64,000 nucleotides of DNA from Spirochaetia bacterium. Its GTDB lineage: Bacteria; Spirochaetota; Spirochaetia; SZUA-6; Bin103. The DNA lies in contig CBDBDQ010000005.1 in NCBI GenBank assembly GCA_965203905.1, positions 2,720,001 to 2,784,000 of the forward strand, given 5' to 3'. The stretch's first letter is position 1, and the number at the start of each line of letters is the position of its first letter. This document shows, one piece after another, positions 46,124-55,405 of this stretch. The translations under genes were made by a program, and so were the position numbers. The notes beneath the pieces were generated by a model. That model ran no database searches and was not told where the DNA came from. It was given only the letters and a program-made list of their open reading frames with translations.

Positions 46124-47917
46124 ATGAATACTGTCACAATCACCCGGGCCTTTGCGGTTGCGTTGGCCCTGGTCCTGAGCGCAAACAGCGTGTGGGCCAC
46201 TGGCGCGGAAGAGGCGCCGGCAGCCGCGGCCGAGAAGCAGTACGTGACCGACCCCACCACCGGCAAGGTGGTGGTGGCGCCACAGTACGGCGGGACGATA
46301 ACCTTCGTCGACAACGGTTCGGCGGGTACGGTCACCGACTACTACGTGAGTGGGGCTGGCCCGAAGAACGTCCAGCTCTTCATGGAGAAGCTGGGTATCG
46401 CGAACTGGGCAATAGATCGGGACGTATGGCCCTATAACACACAGCACATCCCTGACTTTGCCTTGTCAGGGCGGCTGGCCGAAAGCTGGGAGCAACCCGA
46501 CCTGGACACTATTATCTTCAAGATCCGGCAGGGCGTTCACTGGCATGACAAGCCACCGATGAACGGTCGGGAGTTGACCGCCGCGGATGTCGAATGGAGC
46601 TTTCATCGCCTGTTGGGACTGGGCAGCGGCTTCACCGAACCCGCCCCAACGGTCTGGGCTCTGCCCCAATTCAGAACCAAGTCGGTAACAGCCACCGACC
46701 AGTATACGGTTGTCTTTGAGCTGGATCCGCCAGCCCCCTGGGCGCTGAATCGGATCCTCCGTGGAGATAACACCGCCATACTGCCGCGCGAGGTAATCGA
46801 GCAACACGGCGACTATAATGACTGGCGGAACGTGGTCGGCACCGGACCCTTCATGCTGACTGACCACGTCGAGGGCACCTCTTGGACCTACGTCAAGAAT
46901 CCCGACTACTGGGGTTACGACGAAAAGTACCCGGAGAACCGGCTGCCCTATGTTGACGAGATACAACGCCTGATATCGAAGGAACAAGCGACCATTCTGG
47001 CGATGATGCGCACCGGAAAGGCTGATTACATCGGTTACGGCGGCGACACGCAAATCACTTCTATCGACGCGGCAACAACCCTGCAGGAGACCAACCCGGA
47101 CCTGAACCTGTGGCCATATTCATACCGTGCGGAGACGGCGATGGCCTTCAACACGCAGATCTCGCCCTGGAACGACATCAGGGTGCGCCGCGCAATACAG
47201 ATGGCGATCGACCTTGAGACGATCAACCGGACCTACCACCAGGGTTGGGCAAATCCGACGGCGGCAGCGGCTCTAGGGGACGCCATGGTCGGGTATGTCA
47301 CCCCATTTGAAGAGTGGCCCGACGATCTCAAGGAATACTATACCTATGACTCGGAACGGGCGGAAGCTTTGCTTGACGAGGCTGGCTATCCGCGCGGCGC
47401 CGACGGCATTCGATTCGAAACCGTCTATGGCCACCTGGACCGCGGCGACTTCGATTTGGACTATTTCCAGATAGTCATGGAATACTTGCGTGCCATTGGT
47501 ATTGATATAGAGGTGGAGAAGATCCCGGTAGCGCAGTGGGGGTCTTATGTAAGGGATTCCCGGGGGGAGGGTCTGTTTCTCAACGTACACAACACCGACT
47601 ATATCACTGGCCTAGACAGCTTCTATTCGACCGGATACAACCCGTCCAACGTCAATGACCCGGCTTTTGACGCCATAATGGACGCCTTCCGCGCCGCTAC
47701 TGCGACCGAGGAGCAGCAGAGGCTCGCGAGGGAGGCAGTTATGTACATCGCGGAGCAGCACTGGACCATAGCGGGACCGAGAGTCCCCAGTTTCATGGTC
47801 ACCCAGCCGTGGCTGGTGGGTTACAGCGGCGAAGTCGAGCTGGGGGAAATGGACCGTGCGATCATACTTTCGCGCCTCTGGATTGACCAGGATCTGAAGG
47901 CGGAAATGGGCTTCTGA
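46124..47917 (+). CDS. Family-5 ABC substrate-binding protein (cassette 3)
   Basis: YVTDPTTGKVVVAPQYGG, HDKPPMNGRELTA, LWIDQDLKAEMGF. Confidence 0.9.
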   Translation: MNTVTITRAFAVALALVLSANSVWATGAEEAPAAAAEKQYVTDPTTGKVVVAPQYGGTITFVDNGSAGTVTDYYVSGAGPKNVQLFMEKLGIANWAIDRDVWPYNTQHIPDFALSGRLAESWEQPDLDTIIFKIRQGVHWHDKPPMNGRELTAADVEWSFHRLLGLGSGFTEPAPTVWALPQFRTKSVTATDQYTVVFELDPPAPWALNRILRGDNTAILPREVIEQHGDYNDWRNVVGTGPFMLTDHVEGTSWTYVKNPDYWGYDEKYPENRLPYVDEIQRLISKEQATILAMMRTGKADYIGYGGDTQITSIDAATTLQETNPDLNLWPYSYRAETAMAFNTQISPWNDIRVRRAIQMAIDLETINRTYHQGWANPTAAAALGDAMVGYVTPFEEWPDDLKEYYTYDSERAEALLDEAGYPRGADGIRFETVYGHLDRGDFDLDYFQIVMEYLRAIGIDIEVEKIPVAQWGSYVRDSRGEGLFLNVHNTDYITGLDSFYSTGYNPSNVNDPAFDAIMDAFRAATATEEQQRLAREAVMYIAEQHWTIAGPRVPSFMVTQPWLVGYSGEVELGEMDRAIILSRLWIDQDLKAEMGF

Positions 47918-48110
47918 GGCACTCGCCGTAGGCGATCTGCAGTGGATCCCGCTCTTGGGTGGGGTCCACGAATCCGACTACGTCGGCACGGTCACTCCGT
48001 GACAGGAAGACCATGAACGGCGATGCGCAGGTATCGCCCGCCGGTCAGCTTTTTTGGACCAGGCGCCGGGAGCCTTGAGCTTCCCGGCGCCGCCCGTTTT
48101 ACACGAAGAT

Positions 48111-49067
48111 ATGAGAGCCTACATCATCCGGCGGCTGCTGCTGGTCATCCCCACCCTGCTCATATTGAGCATCCTCGTCTTTCTCTCGGTCCGCTTCATC
48201 CCCGGCGACGTAATAGATGCGATGTTTGGTGACCTGCAATACATGGGTGCGGGTATCGACCGTGCAGCGTTCGAGCGCCGGCTGGGACTCGACGTGCCTG
48301 TCTACGTGCAGTATGGACGCTGGCTAGGGGGTGTTTTCCTGCACGGCACGCTGGGCGAATCACTGATGTACGGTTGGCCGGTAGAGGAGAAGTTGCTCGG
48401 CAGATTGCCGTTGACCATTCAGCTTGGCGTCATGGCAATCGTGATCGGGCTGTTGATCGCCCTCCCCGTCGGCATCTACTCGGCGATTCGCCAGGATACG
48501 GCCGCCGACTACCTGGGGCGCTCCATCGCCATCGTCGGCCTGGCTACGCCGAACTTCTGGCTCGGACTCATGGTCATGCTGTTCCCGGCACTCTGGTGGG
48601 GCTGGTCGCCACCGGTGTTGTGGGTTCCGTTCGCCGAAGACCCGCTGGGGAACCTGGGGGTGCTCCTCATTCCCAGCCTGATCTTGGGGACGGCCTCGGC
48701 TGCAGCCACCATGCGGATGACGCGCACCATGATGCTGGAGGTGCTGCGGCAGGATTTTGTCAGGACCGCCTGGTCCAAGGGACTGAGGGAGCGGGTCGTG
48801 GTCATGCGGCACGCCATCAAGAATGCCCTCATCCCGGTTGTCACGCTGATCGGTCTGCAGTTGCCGATCCTGGTGGGGGGCGCCGTGATCATGGAGAACA
48901 TATTCAACCTGCCGGGGCTCGGGCGTCTCATGGTGCTGGCCCTCGAGCAGAGGGACTACCCGGTGGTCTCCGGGGTAAACTTGTTGTTCGGCACCGCGGT
49001 GGTGCTGTTCAATCTCCTGATCGACCTGATTTACCCCTTCTTTGATCCAAGAGTCCGCTATGAATGA
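48111..49067 (+). CDS. DppB-like permease (cassette 3)
   Basis: MRAYIIRRLL, QDFVRTAWSKGL. Confidence 0.9.
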   Translation: MRAYIIRRLLLVIPTLLILSILVFLSVRFIPGDVIDAMFGDLQYMGAGIDRAAFERRLGLDVPVYVQYGRWLGGVFLHGTLGESLMYGWPVEEKLLGRLPLTIQLGVMAIVIGLLIALPVGIYSAIRQDTAADYLGRSIAIVGLATPNFWLGLMVMLFPALWWGWSPPVLWVPFAEDPLGNLGVLLIPSLILGTASAAATMRMTRTMMLEVLRQDFVRTAWSKGLRERVVVMRHAIKNALIPVVTLIGLQLPILVGGAVIMENIFNLPGLGRLMVLALEQRDYPVVSGVNLLFGTAVVLFNLLIDLIYPFFDPRVRYE

Positions 49068-49986
49068 GGGTGCGCCGACAACGGCAAGCGAGCCGAGGAG
49101 ACATACCGGTCTGGGCGGTTTCTTTAGCAGGCTGTGGAGAGAGAAGCCGCTCGGCAGTGCCTGCGGGATCGTCGTATTGCTGCTGATTGTGGTGGCTGTC
49201 TTCGCCGATGTTCTGGCCCCCTATGGTTATACGGAAATACACTTGGCAGACCGGCTGCAGGGCGCATCAGCCCGGTATCTGCTGGGTACCGACCAGTTGG
49301 GGCGAGACTACTTGAGCCGCCTCATCTACGGGGCCCGTCTTTCGATGCTTGTCGGGCTGTCCGCGACCACGCTCAATGTCGTCGTCGCCGTCCTCGTCGG
49401 CGGCATTTCCGGATTCCTCGGTGGTAAGCTGGACCTGGGTGTGCAGAGATTCGTCGATGCCTGGATGGCTTTTCCGGGACTGCTCCTGCTGCTGACCATC
49501 ATGTCCATATTGGGGCAGGGGGTGCCCCAGATGATCCTGGTCCTGGGGATATCAGGAGGCATCGGTGGCTCGAGAGTAGTCCGAGGCGCCGTTATCGCCG
49601 TAAAGGAAAATGACTATTTTCAGGCGGCGGCGTCGATCGGCTCGGCAAGATGGAGGGCATTTACCCGCCACGTCCTGCCCAATATCGGGGCGCCTCTGAT
49701 CATCATCTTCAGCATCAACATCGGCGGGGCGATCATGAGTGAGGCTTCGCTGAGCTTCCTCGGATTCGGTCTGCCTCCCGAGTTTCCCAGCTGGGGTACT
49801 CTGCTGAGCTGGGAAGGCCGGCGGTACATGGAGCAGGCGCCATGGCTTGCACTCTGGCCAGGTCTCTGCCTGACCCTCGTCGTGTACAGTCTGAACATGT
49901 TCGGTGATGCCATGCGCGACCTGCTCGACCCGCGGCTCAGAGGCGGCGGCGGGCGGCTGGGTGCCAACGCCGCCACGTCGGTTTAG
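49060..49986 (+). CDS. DppC-like permease (cassette 3)
   Basis: LGTDQLGRD, GDAMRDLLDPR. Confidence 0.9.
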   Translation: MNEGAPTTASEPRRHTGLGGFFSRLWREKPLGSACGIVVLLLIVVAVFADVLAPYGYTEIHLADRLQGASARYLLGTDQLGRDYLSRLIYGARLSMLVGLSATTLNVVVAVLVGGISGFLGGKLDLGVQRFVDAWMAFPGLLLLLTIMSILGQGVPQMILVLGISGGIGGSRVVRGAVIAVKENDYFQAAASIGSARWRAFTRHVLPNIGAPLIIIFSINIGGAIMSEASLSFLGFGLPPEFPSWGTLLSWEGRRYMEQAPWLALWPGLCLTLVVYSLNMFGDAMRDLLDPRLRGGGGRLGANAATSV

Positions 49987-50148
49987 CAGCCCGTGATGGA
50001 ACCCGGCGTCGCACCGAGAGCGGCGAGGCGCCCGGCTGGCAAGGCGCGACGACCGAGCATATCAGGGCATATGTGAGCGAGGAGCAACGCAGCCAGCCGG
50101 GATGGATCGCTGCTCGAATGCAGCCGGTGTTTCGCCACGGGCTGCTAG
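49983..50148. mobile_element. MITE-like palindromic element (about 165 bp)
   Basis: Terminal IR TAGCAGCCCGTG / CACGGGCTGCTA, YTAG ends, nested IR CCCGGCTGGC / GCCAGCCGGG; no transposase. Confidence 0.75.
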
Positions 50149-50157
50149 TGTGGAGTG

Positions 50158-51936
50158 CTACGAAGTCCGGCGCGGGCGGCGTACCAGGCGGCCGGGGAGC
50201 GCGCCGGTCAGCTCGTCCTGCTCCAGCACGATCTCGCCGCCGCAGATGGTGTAATCGTAGCCCACCGGGCGCTGCATGAACCGCTTGGCGTTCTCCGGCA
50301 GGTCGTAGACGATGTGCGGCGCCGGCCATGACAGGCGCGCGAAGTCGATGACGTTGACGTCGGCGCGCATGCCGGGCTGCAGCAGGCCGCGGTCGAGCAG
50401 CCCGTACACCTCCGCCGGACCGCGCGTCTGCTTGTTCACGATCGTCTCCAGCGCGACCTTGCCGCCGCGGGTGCGGTCGCGCCCCCAGAACGCCAGGTTC
50501 CAGCTCGGCATGTGCGCGTCGCAGATGGCGCCGACGTGGGCGCCGGCGTCGCTCAGCCCGTTGCGGGTGATCGGATGGCGCATCATCTCGGCCATGTACT
50601 CCAGGTTGCCCTGCGAGTAGCCTTCCAGGTAGTGGATCAGCATGGTCTGGCCGCGGTCGGCCGTGAGCAGGTCGTAGAACGCCTGGGGGGCCGGGATGCC
50701 GTGCTTGCCGGCGTAGGCGGCGACGCTCGCCGACGCGTCCGGCTCGTAGTCGGGCGGATCGCCGAGCACGTAGACTTTCGCGGGATTGGAGATGATCCGC
50801 TCCAGCAACCAGGGCAGGCGGCTGCCCGGCGTGGTGTCGTCGACGAACGTGTTGTCGTCGGGCCCGACCTCGCCATACTTGTTGCCGGGCTTCAGGCGCA
50901 CGTCGTTGGTCAGGTCCCAGTCGCTGGCGAGAATCCGTGCTCGCACCTCGGGGTCGCGCATCTTGCGCAGCCGCTCCGCCATCGGCAGCGAGCCGGCCAG
51001 CTCCCGGTACGCGTAGTTGAGCAGGTACGGATGTAGCGATGCCTCCAGGTTCATGATGATCATGGTGCCGCGGCCGCGCACCTGGGGATACACCCGCCAG
51101 CCGTTGGCGTACGCCTTCTCCTCCAGCGGGTCCAGCGATTCGCGCCCGCCTTCGCCCATGAGGTAGGTCACGCTGATGCCGGCCATCCGGGCCAGGGAGT
51201 AGAGCCACTCGCGCTCGAACGGCCCTACGAACTGCAGCACGCCGCCACCGGCCTCGACCGCGCCCTTGGCGATCGCCTCGATCTCGGGATAGCGGGCCAG
51301 GGTGCCGGGTATCAACTCGCCCGCCTTGGTGCGGTGCGCCAGCAGGCGGTTGCTGGAGACGCCGAACGCGCCCGCCTCGATCCCCTGGCGTACGATGCGG
51401 GTCATCTCGACCAGCTCGGCGTCGGTCGGCTGAATGTCCTCGGCGCCGCGCTCGCCCATCACGTAGGTGCGTAACGCGCAGTGCGGAAGCTGGGTCAGGA
51501 CGTCCATCACGCGTGGCTGGTGGTCGATCGCTTCCAGGTATTCGGGAAACGTCTCCCAGGCCCACTCCATGCCGGCCGACATCGCGATCGCCGGGATATC
51601 CTCGACCGCGTCCATCAGGTCCATCAGCCAGTCGCGATCCTTGGGATGCACTGGGGCGAAACCGACGCCGCAGTTGCCCATCACGATGGTGGTCACGCCG
51701 TTCCAGCAGGAGGGCGTAAGGTAGGGATCCCACGACACCTGCGCATCGAAGTGGGTGTGCATGTCGATCCAGCCCGGCGTTACCAGCTTGCCGGTGGCGT
51801 CGAGCTCGCGCCGGGCGGGCCCGACGTCCGCCCCGACGGCCGCGATCCTGTCGCCGTCGATCCCGACGTCCCCCCGAAACTCCGGCCCGCCGCTGCCGTC
51901 GATGACGCGGCCGTTGCGAATCGCCAAGTCGTGCAT
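50158..51936 (-). CDS. N-acyl-D-amino-acid deacylase family amidohydrolase
   Basis: VIDGSG, PGWIDMHTHFD, MGNCGVGFAP, GLSDAGAH. Confidence 0.88.
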   Translation of the reverse strand: MHDLAIRNGRVIDGSGGPEFRGDVGIDGDRIAAVGADVGPARRELDATGKLVTPGWIDMHTHFDAQVSWDPYLTPSCWNGVTTIVMGNCGVGFAPVHPKDRDWLMDLMDAVEDIPAIAMSAGMEWAWETFPEYLEAIDHQPRVMDVLTQLPHCALRTYVMGERGAEDIQPTDAELVEMTRIVRQGIEAGAFGVSSNRLLAHRTKAGELIPGTLARYPEIEAIAKGAVEAGGGVLQFVGPFEREWLYSLARMAGISVTYLMGEGGRESLDPLEEKAYANGWRVYPQVRGRGTMIIMNLEASLHPYLLNYAYRELAGSLPMAERLRKMRDPEVRARILASDWDLTNDVRLKPGNKYGEVGPDDNTFVDDTTPGSRLPWLLERIISNPAKVYVLGDPPDYEPDASASVAAYAGKHGIPAPQAFYDLLTADRGQTMLIHYLEGYSQGNLEYMAEMMRHPITRNGLSDAGAHVGAICDAHMPSWNLAFWGRDRTRGGKVALETIVNKQTRGPAEVYGLLDRGLLQPGMRADVNVIDFARLSWPAPHIVYDLPENAKRFMQRPVGYDYTICGGEIVLEQDELTGALPGRLVRRPRRTS

Positions 51937-52029
51937 GGTTGCCCCCGCGCGCCGGGTCGGATGCCCGCGCCACGCTGCCGGTGCGACGTTATCCCCGCGC
52001 CACCCCGGCGTCAAGGTGGAGTCGCGGCG

Positions 52030-53076
52030 TCACTCGCCGTTCGCGGCGATGGCGATCTTGAGGGCGTCGCGGCCGTCCAGCCGGTAATTGCTGTCCAGGG
52101 CGTGAAAGCCGTCGGCGACCCGCTCCAGCGGGATGACGTGGCTCACGAACCCCTCGAACAGCGAGGCGTACTGTTGGAGCAGCGCGAGCGAGCGCACGAA
52201 GTGGGGGCCTTCGAAGCCCCAGGCAGCCTCCAGGCGCAGATTCTTGCGCATCAGCATCTGATTGGGGTTGCACTCGAAGGTGCCGGTGTCCACGAAGTGG
52301 CCGAACTCGACGTAGGTGCCGCCGTACCGCAGGTAGTCGAGTCCCTCGGGAATCGCGGCCAGGAAACCGGCGCACTCGCACACCACGTCGGCGCCGGCTC
52401 GGCGCGGCGTGCTGTCGCGCACGATGCGCTTGCGTTCCTCGGCGTCCGGCACCTCGTCGATGTCGATCACCAGATCCGCGCCGAGCCGCTCGGCGAACTC
52501 CAGGCGCCCGGCGGGTCCGCCGACCGCGATCAGCCGTCCGGCACCGGCGCGCCTGGTCCAGGCGATCGCCAGCAGGCCGATCGGTCCGGTGCCCTGAATC
52601 ACCACGGTGTCGCCGAGTTGGATGCGGGCGCGGGACACGCAGTGGTAGGAGCAGGCGGACGGCTCGGTGAGCACGGCGATCGCGGCCGGCAGGTCGGTTT
52701 TCAGGAACACGTTCCGGGAATCCCAGAGATAGAGATACTGGCCGAAGCCGCCGCGCAGAGGAGGCACCCGGTCTGCGGGCTGAAATCCCACGCCCAGGTG
52801 CGGGGAGACCACCACCCGGTCGCCGGCCCGTACCGGATTCCCGGCGGCGTCTTCGCTGACTCCGGCGCCGAGCGCAGCGAGCGTGCCGACGTTCTCGTGG
52901 CCGAGGATGATGTCGAAGCCGAGGCGCTGAAACTGCCAGTTGTGCAGGTCGGTGCCGCAGATACCGCCCAACTCCTGCTTGACCAGGACCCGCCCCGGTT
53001 CCACCTCAGGAACCGGATACTCGCGAATCTCGAACTCCCTGCCGGTCATCACGCTGGCGCGTGCCGTCTTTCCCAT
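52030..53076 (-). CDS. Zinc-binding alcohol dehydrogenase (MDR)
   Basis: GICGTDLH, ILGHE, GTGPIG; structural-Zn Cys loop appears absent. Confidence 0.88.
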   Translation of the reverse strand: MGKTARASVMTGREFEIREYPVPEVEPGRVLVKQELGGICGTDLHNWQFQRLGFDIILGHENVGTLAALGAGVSEDAAGNPVRAGDRVVVSPHLGVGFQPADRVPPLRGGFGQYLYLWDSRNVFLKTDLPAAIAVLTEPSACSYHCVSRARIQLGDTVVIQGTGPIGLLAIAWTRRAGAGRLIAVGGPAGRLEFAERLGADLVIDIDEVPDAEERKRIVRDSTPRRAGADVVCECAGFLAAIPEGLDYLRYGGTYVEFGHFVDTGTFECNPNQMLMRKNLRLEAAWGFEGPHFVRSLALLQQYASLFEGFVSHVIPLERVADGFHALDSNYRLDGRDALKIAIAANGE

Positions 53077-53220
53077 CGCTGACCTCCCTCAGATCGCCTG
53101 ACCTTGGTGTTGCCGGCAAGTAACGCAGCCGCCGGCCAACCCGTCAAGCGGCGCTGCGGGCAGTGTCGGGCAGTGGACGACTACACGCCACCCGTGTATC
53201 GTGAATGTTTCGATGGGAGG

Positions 53221-53529
53221 ATGGCCATGCCTACGAGGTCCGCGTCGAAGACTATCACTAGAGATCCGAGTTGGCTCGGGCCGGCCGTTTCCCCCGGCGA
53301 GATGCTGCTTGAGGAGTTCATCAAGCCGCTCGGGCTGCGTCAAACCGATGCGGCGAAGCAGATGGGGATTTCGTTGAACCGGCTGAACGAAGTGGTGCGA
53401 GGGCGGCGGCGCATCACCGCCGACACGGCAATAAGGTTGGCGGACCTGCTGCGGACCTCGCCGCAGTTCTGGATGCGGCTCCAGGCGGACTGGGACCTGC
53501 ACGAAGCCCTGGAGCGCAGCGCGTCCTAG
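53221..53529 (+). CDS. higA: HigA-family antitoxin (HTH), orphan
   Basis: PGEMLLEEFIKPLG, RRITADTAIRL, QFWMRLQ..WDL. Confidence 0.85.
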   Translation: MAMPTRSASKTITRDPSWLGPAVSPGEMLLEEFIKPLGLRQTDAAKQMGISLNRLNEVVRGRRRITADTAIRLADLLRTSPQFWMRLQADWDLHEALERSAS

Positions 53530-53589
53530 CACGCCGGACGTGCGTGCGCTGAAAGCACGCCCGGAAGGGACTACACTCTGGGCACCATC

Positions 53590-54108
53590 ATGACTGTGAA
53601 GGGAAACCAGGTTCGCTCCGGCTGGACCGGGCGATTTTACGAGGACCTCGCCGTGGGCGACGTGTACCGCAGCCGGTGGGGACATACCGTGACCGAGGCC
53701 GACAACGCGCTGTTCACCCACCTGACCCACAACACCAACCCGCTGCACTTCGACGCCCGTTACGCAGCCGGCTCGCGGTGGGGCAGGATTCTGGTCAACA
53801 GCAGCTTCACGCTGGCGCTGGTCACCGGCATGAGCGTCAATGACGTCACCGAGCACGCGATGGCCAACCTGGGATGGGAGGAGATCAAGCTGCCGAATCC
53901 GGTGTTCCTGGGCGATACCCTGTACTGCGAGACCGAGATCCTGGCGCGGCGGGACTCGAAGTCCTACCCGGAGGCGGGCATCGTGCGGTTCCGGTCGCGC
54001 GGCATCAACCAGAACGGCGACGTGGTGCTCGACTACACCCGCAGCGCGATGATCTACCGGCGGGCTGCCGCGCCACGGGTGCCGTTCCCGGAACCGAACG
54101 GGCGCTGA
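53590..54108 (+). CDS. MaoC-family enoyl-CoA hydratase/dehydratase
   Basis: GRFYEDL.VGD, TEADN..F, NPLHFD, PVFLGDTL. Confidence 0.88.
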   Translation: MTVKGNQVRSGWTGRFYEDLAVGDVYRSRWGHTVTEADNALFTHLTHNTNPLHFDARYAAGSRWGRILVNSSFTLALVTGMSVNDVTEHAMANLGWEEIKLPNPVFLGDTLYCETEILARRDSKSYPEAGIVRFRSRGINQNGDVVLDYTRSAMIYRRAAAPRVPFPEPNGR

Positions 54109-54118
54109 CGCGGCAGCC

Positions 54119-55402
54119 GTGAAACCGCTGGCAGGGCTGCGTCTGATCGACCTGTCCACGGTCCTGGCGGGCCCCTACTCGGGCTCGCTGCTGGCCGACC
54201 TGGGCGCCGACGTGATCAAGGTGGAGCCGCCGGCCGGCGACGCCGCCCGCGCCCTGGTCACCGAAGAGGGTCTTGCGCCCCATTTTCTCACCAACCAGCG
54301 CAACAAGCGCGGCATCGTGATCGACCTCAAGCATCCCGCCGGCAAGGCGGCGTTCGACGACCTGGTACGGTGGGCGGACGTGGTGCTGGAGAACTACCGC
54401 CCCGGCGTCACGGCGCGCCTGGGCATCGACTACCCGGCGCTGGCGGCGCTCAACCCACGCATCATCATGTGCTCCATCACCGGCTACGGGCTCACCGGGC
54501 CGGGCAGGGATCGCGCCGCGTTCGACGCCAACATCCAGGCCTACGCCGGCATCATGGGCTTGACCGGCGACCCGGACGGGATGCCGGTACGGGCGGCGCC
54601 GGCGTACGCCGATCTGTGCGCGGGCATGGCGGGCGCGCTGGGGATCCTGGCCGCGGTGGTGGCGCGCGAGCGCACCGGACGCGGCCAGCACGTCGACTTG
54701 GCGATGTTCGACGTGCAGCTCTCGATGCAGAACTACTACTGCACCATGGAGCTGGCGTCGGTCCGGCCGCCGCGGCGGCTCGGCAACGAGCATGAGCTGC
54801 ACGTGCCCTACAATGCGTACCCCACGGCCAGCGGACCACTGTGCGTGACGGTGGTGACCGACGCGCAGTGGAGCGGCCTGCTGCGCGCGCTCGGGCGGTT
54901 CGACCATCCGGCCGAGGTGCGGGCACACCTGGAGCTGTTGGCGGATGGCCGGCTGCGCCGGCGCGGCAACCGGATCGCGGATCGAGGGCCGATCAACGCG
55001 GCGCTGAGGGCCATCCTCGCCACGCGCCCGCGCGAGGTGTGGATGGAAACGCTGGCCGCCGAACGGCTGCCCTTCGCGCCCGTCAACACGCTGGCTGAGG
55101 CGCTGGCCGACCCGCAGGCGGCGGCGCGTGACATGGTGGCCCGCATACCGCTGCCGGACGGCGGCACCTGCCCGGCGCCCGGCAACCCGATCAAGCTGTC
55201 GGACGCCGGACCTGACACCTTTGCGCCGCCGCCGTCGCTCGGGCAGCACACCCGGCAGGTGCTGGCCGACGTGCTGGGCTACGACGAAGCTCGCATCGCC
55301 GGCCTGCTGAAGTCGGGCGCGTTCACCGCGACCGCGGACCGGCGTGCTCCCGGCGGCGCAGCCACCGGCCCCGGCGCGGCGTCCCCCGGCACCGGGGCCT
55401 GA
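54119..55402 (+). CDS. Class III CoA-transferase (CaiB/BaiF)
   Basis: LAGPY..LLADLGADVIKVEPP, RNKR, ENYRPG, LGQHT. Confidence 0.9.
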   Translation: MKPLAGLRLIDLSTVLAGPYSGSLLADLGADVIKVEPPAGDAARALVTEEGLAPHFLTNQRNKRGIVIDLKHPAGKAAFDDLVRWADVVLENYRPGVTARLGIDYPALAALNPRIIMCSITGYGLTGPGRDRAAFDANIQAYAGIMGLTGDPDGMPVRAAPAYADLCAGMAGALGILAAVVARERTGRGQHVDLAMFDVQLSMQNYYCTMELASVRPPRRLGNEHELHVPYNAYPTASGPLCVTVVTDAQWSGLLRALGRFDHPAEVRAHLELLADGRLRRRGNRIADRGPINAALRAILATRPREVWMETLAAERLPFAPVNTLAEALADPQAAARDMVARIPLPDGGTCPAPGNPIKLSDAGPDTFAPPPSLGQHTRQVLADVLGYDEARIAGLLKSGAFTATADRRAPGGAATGPGAASPGTGA

Positions 55403-55405
55403 CCG

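Noticed and set aside
47943-48070. Several short hairpins between SBP3 and dppB3
   Set aside because: Not homologous to the other cassettes and no recognisable RNA family; could be chance in GC-rich DNA.
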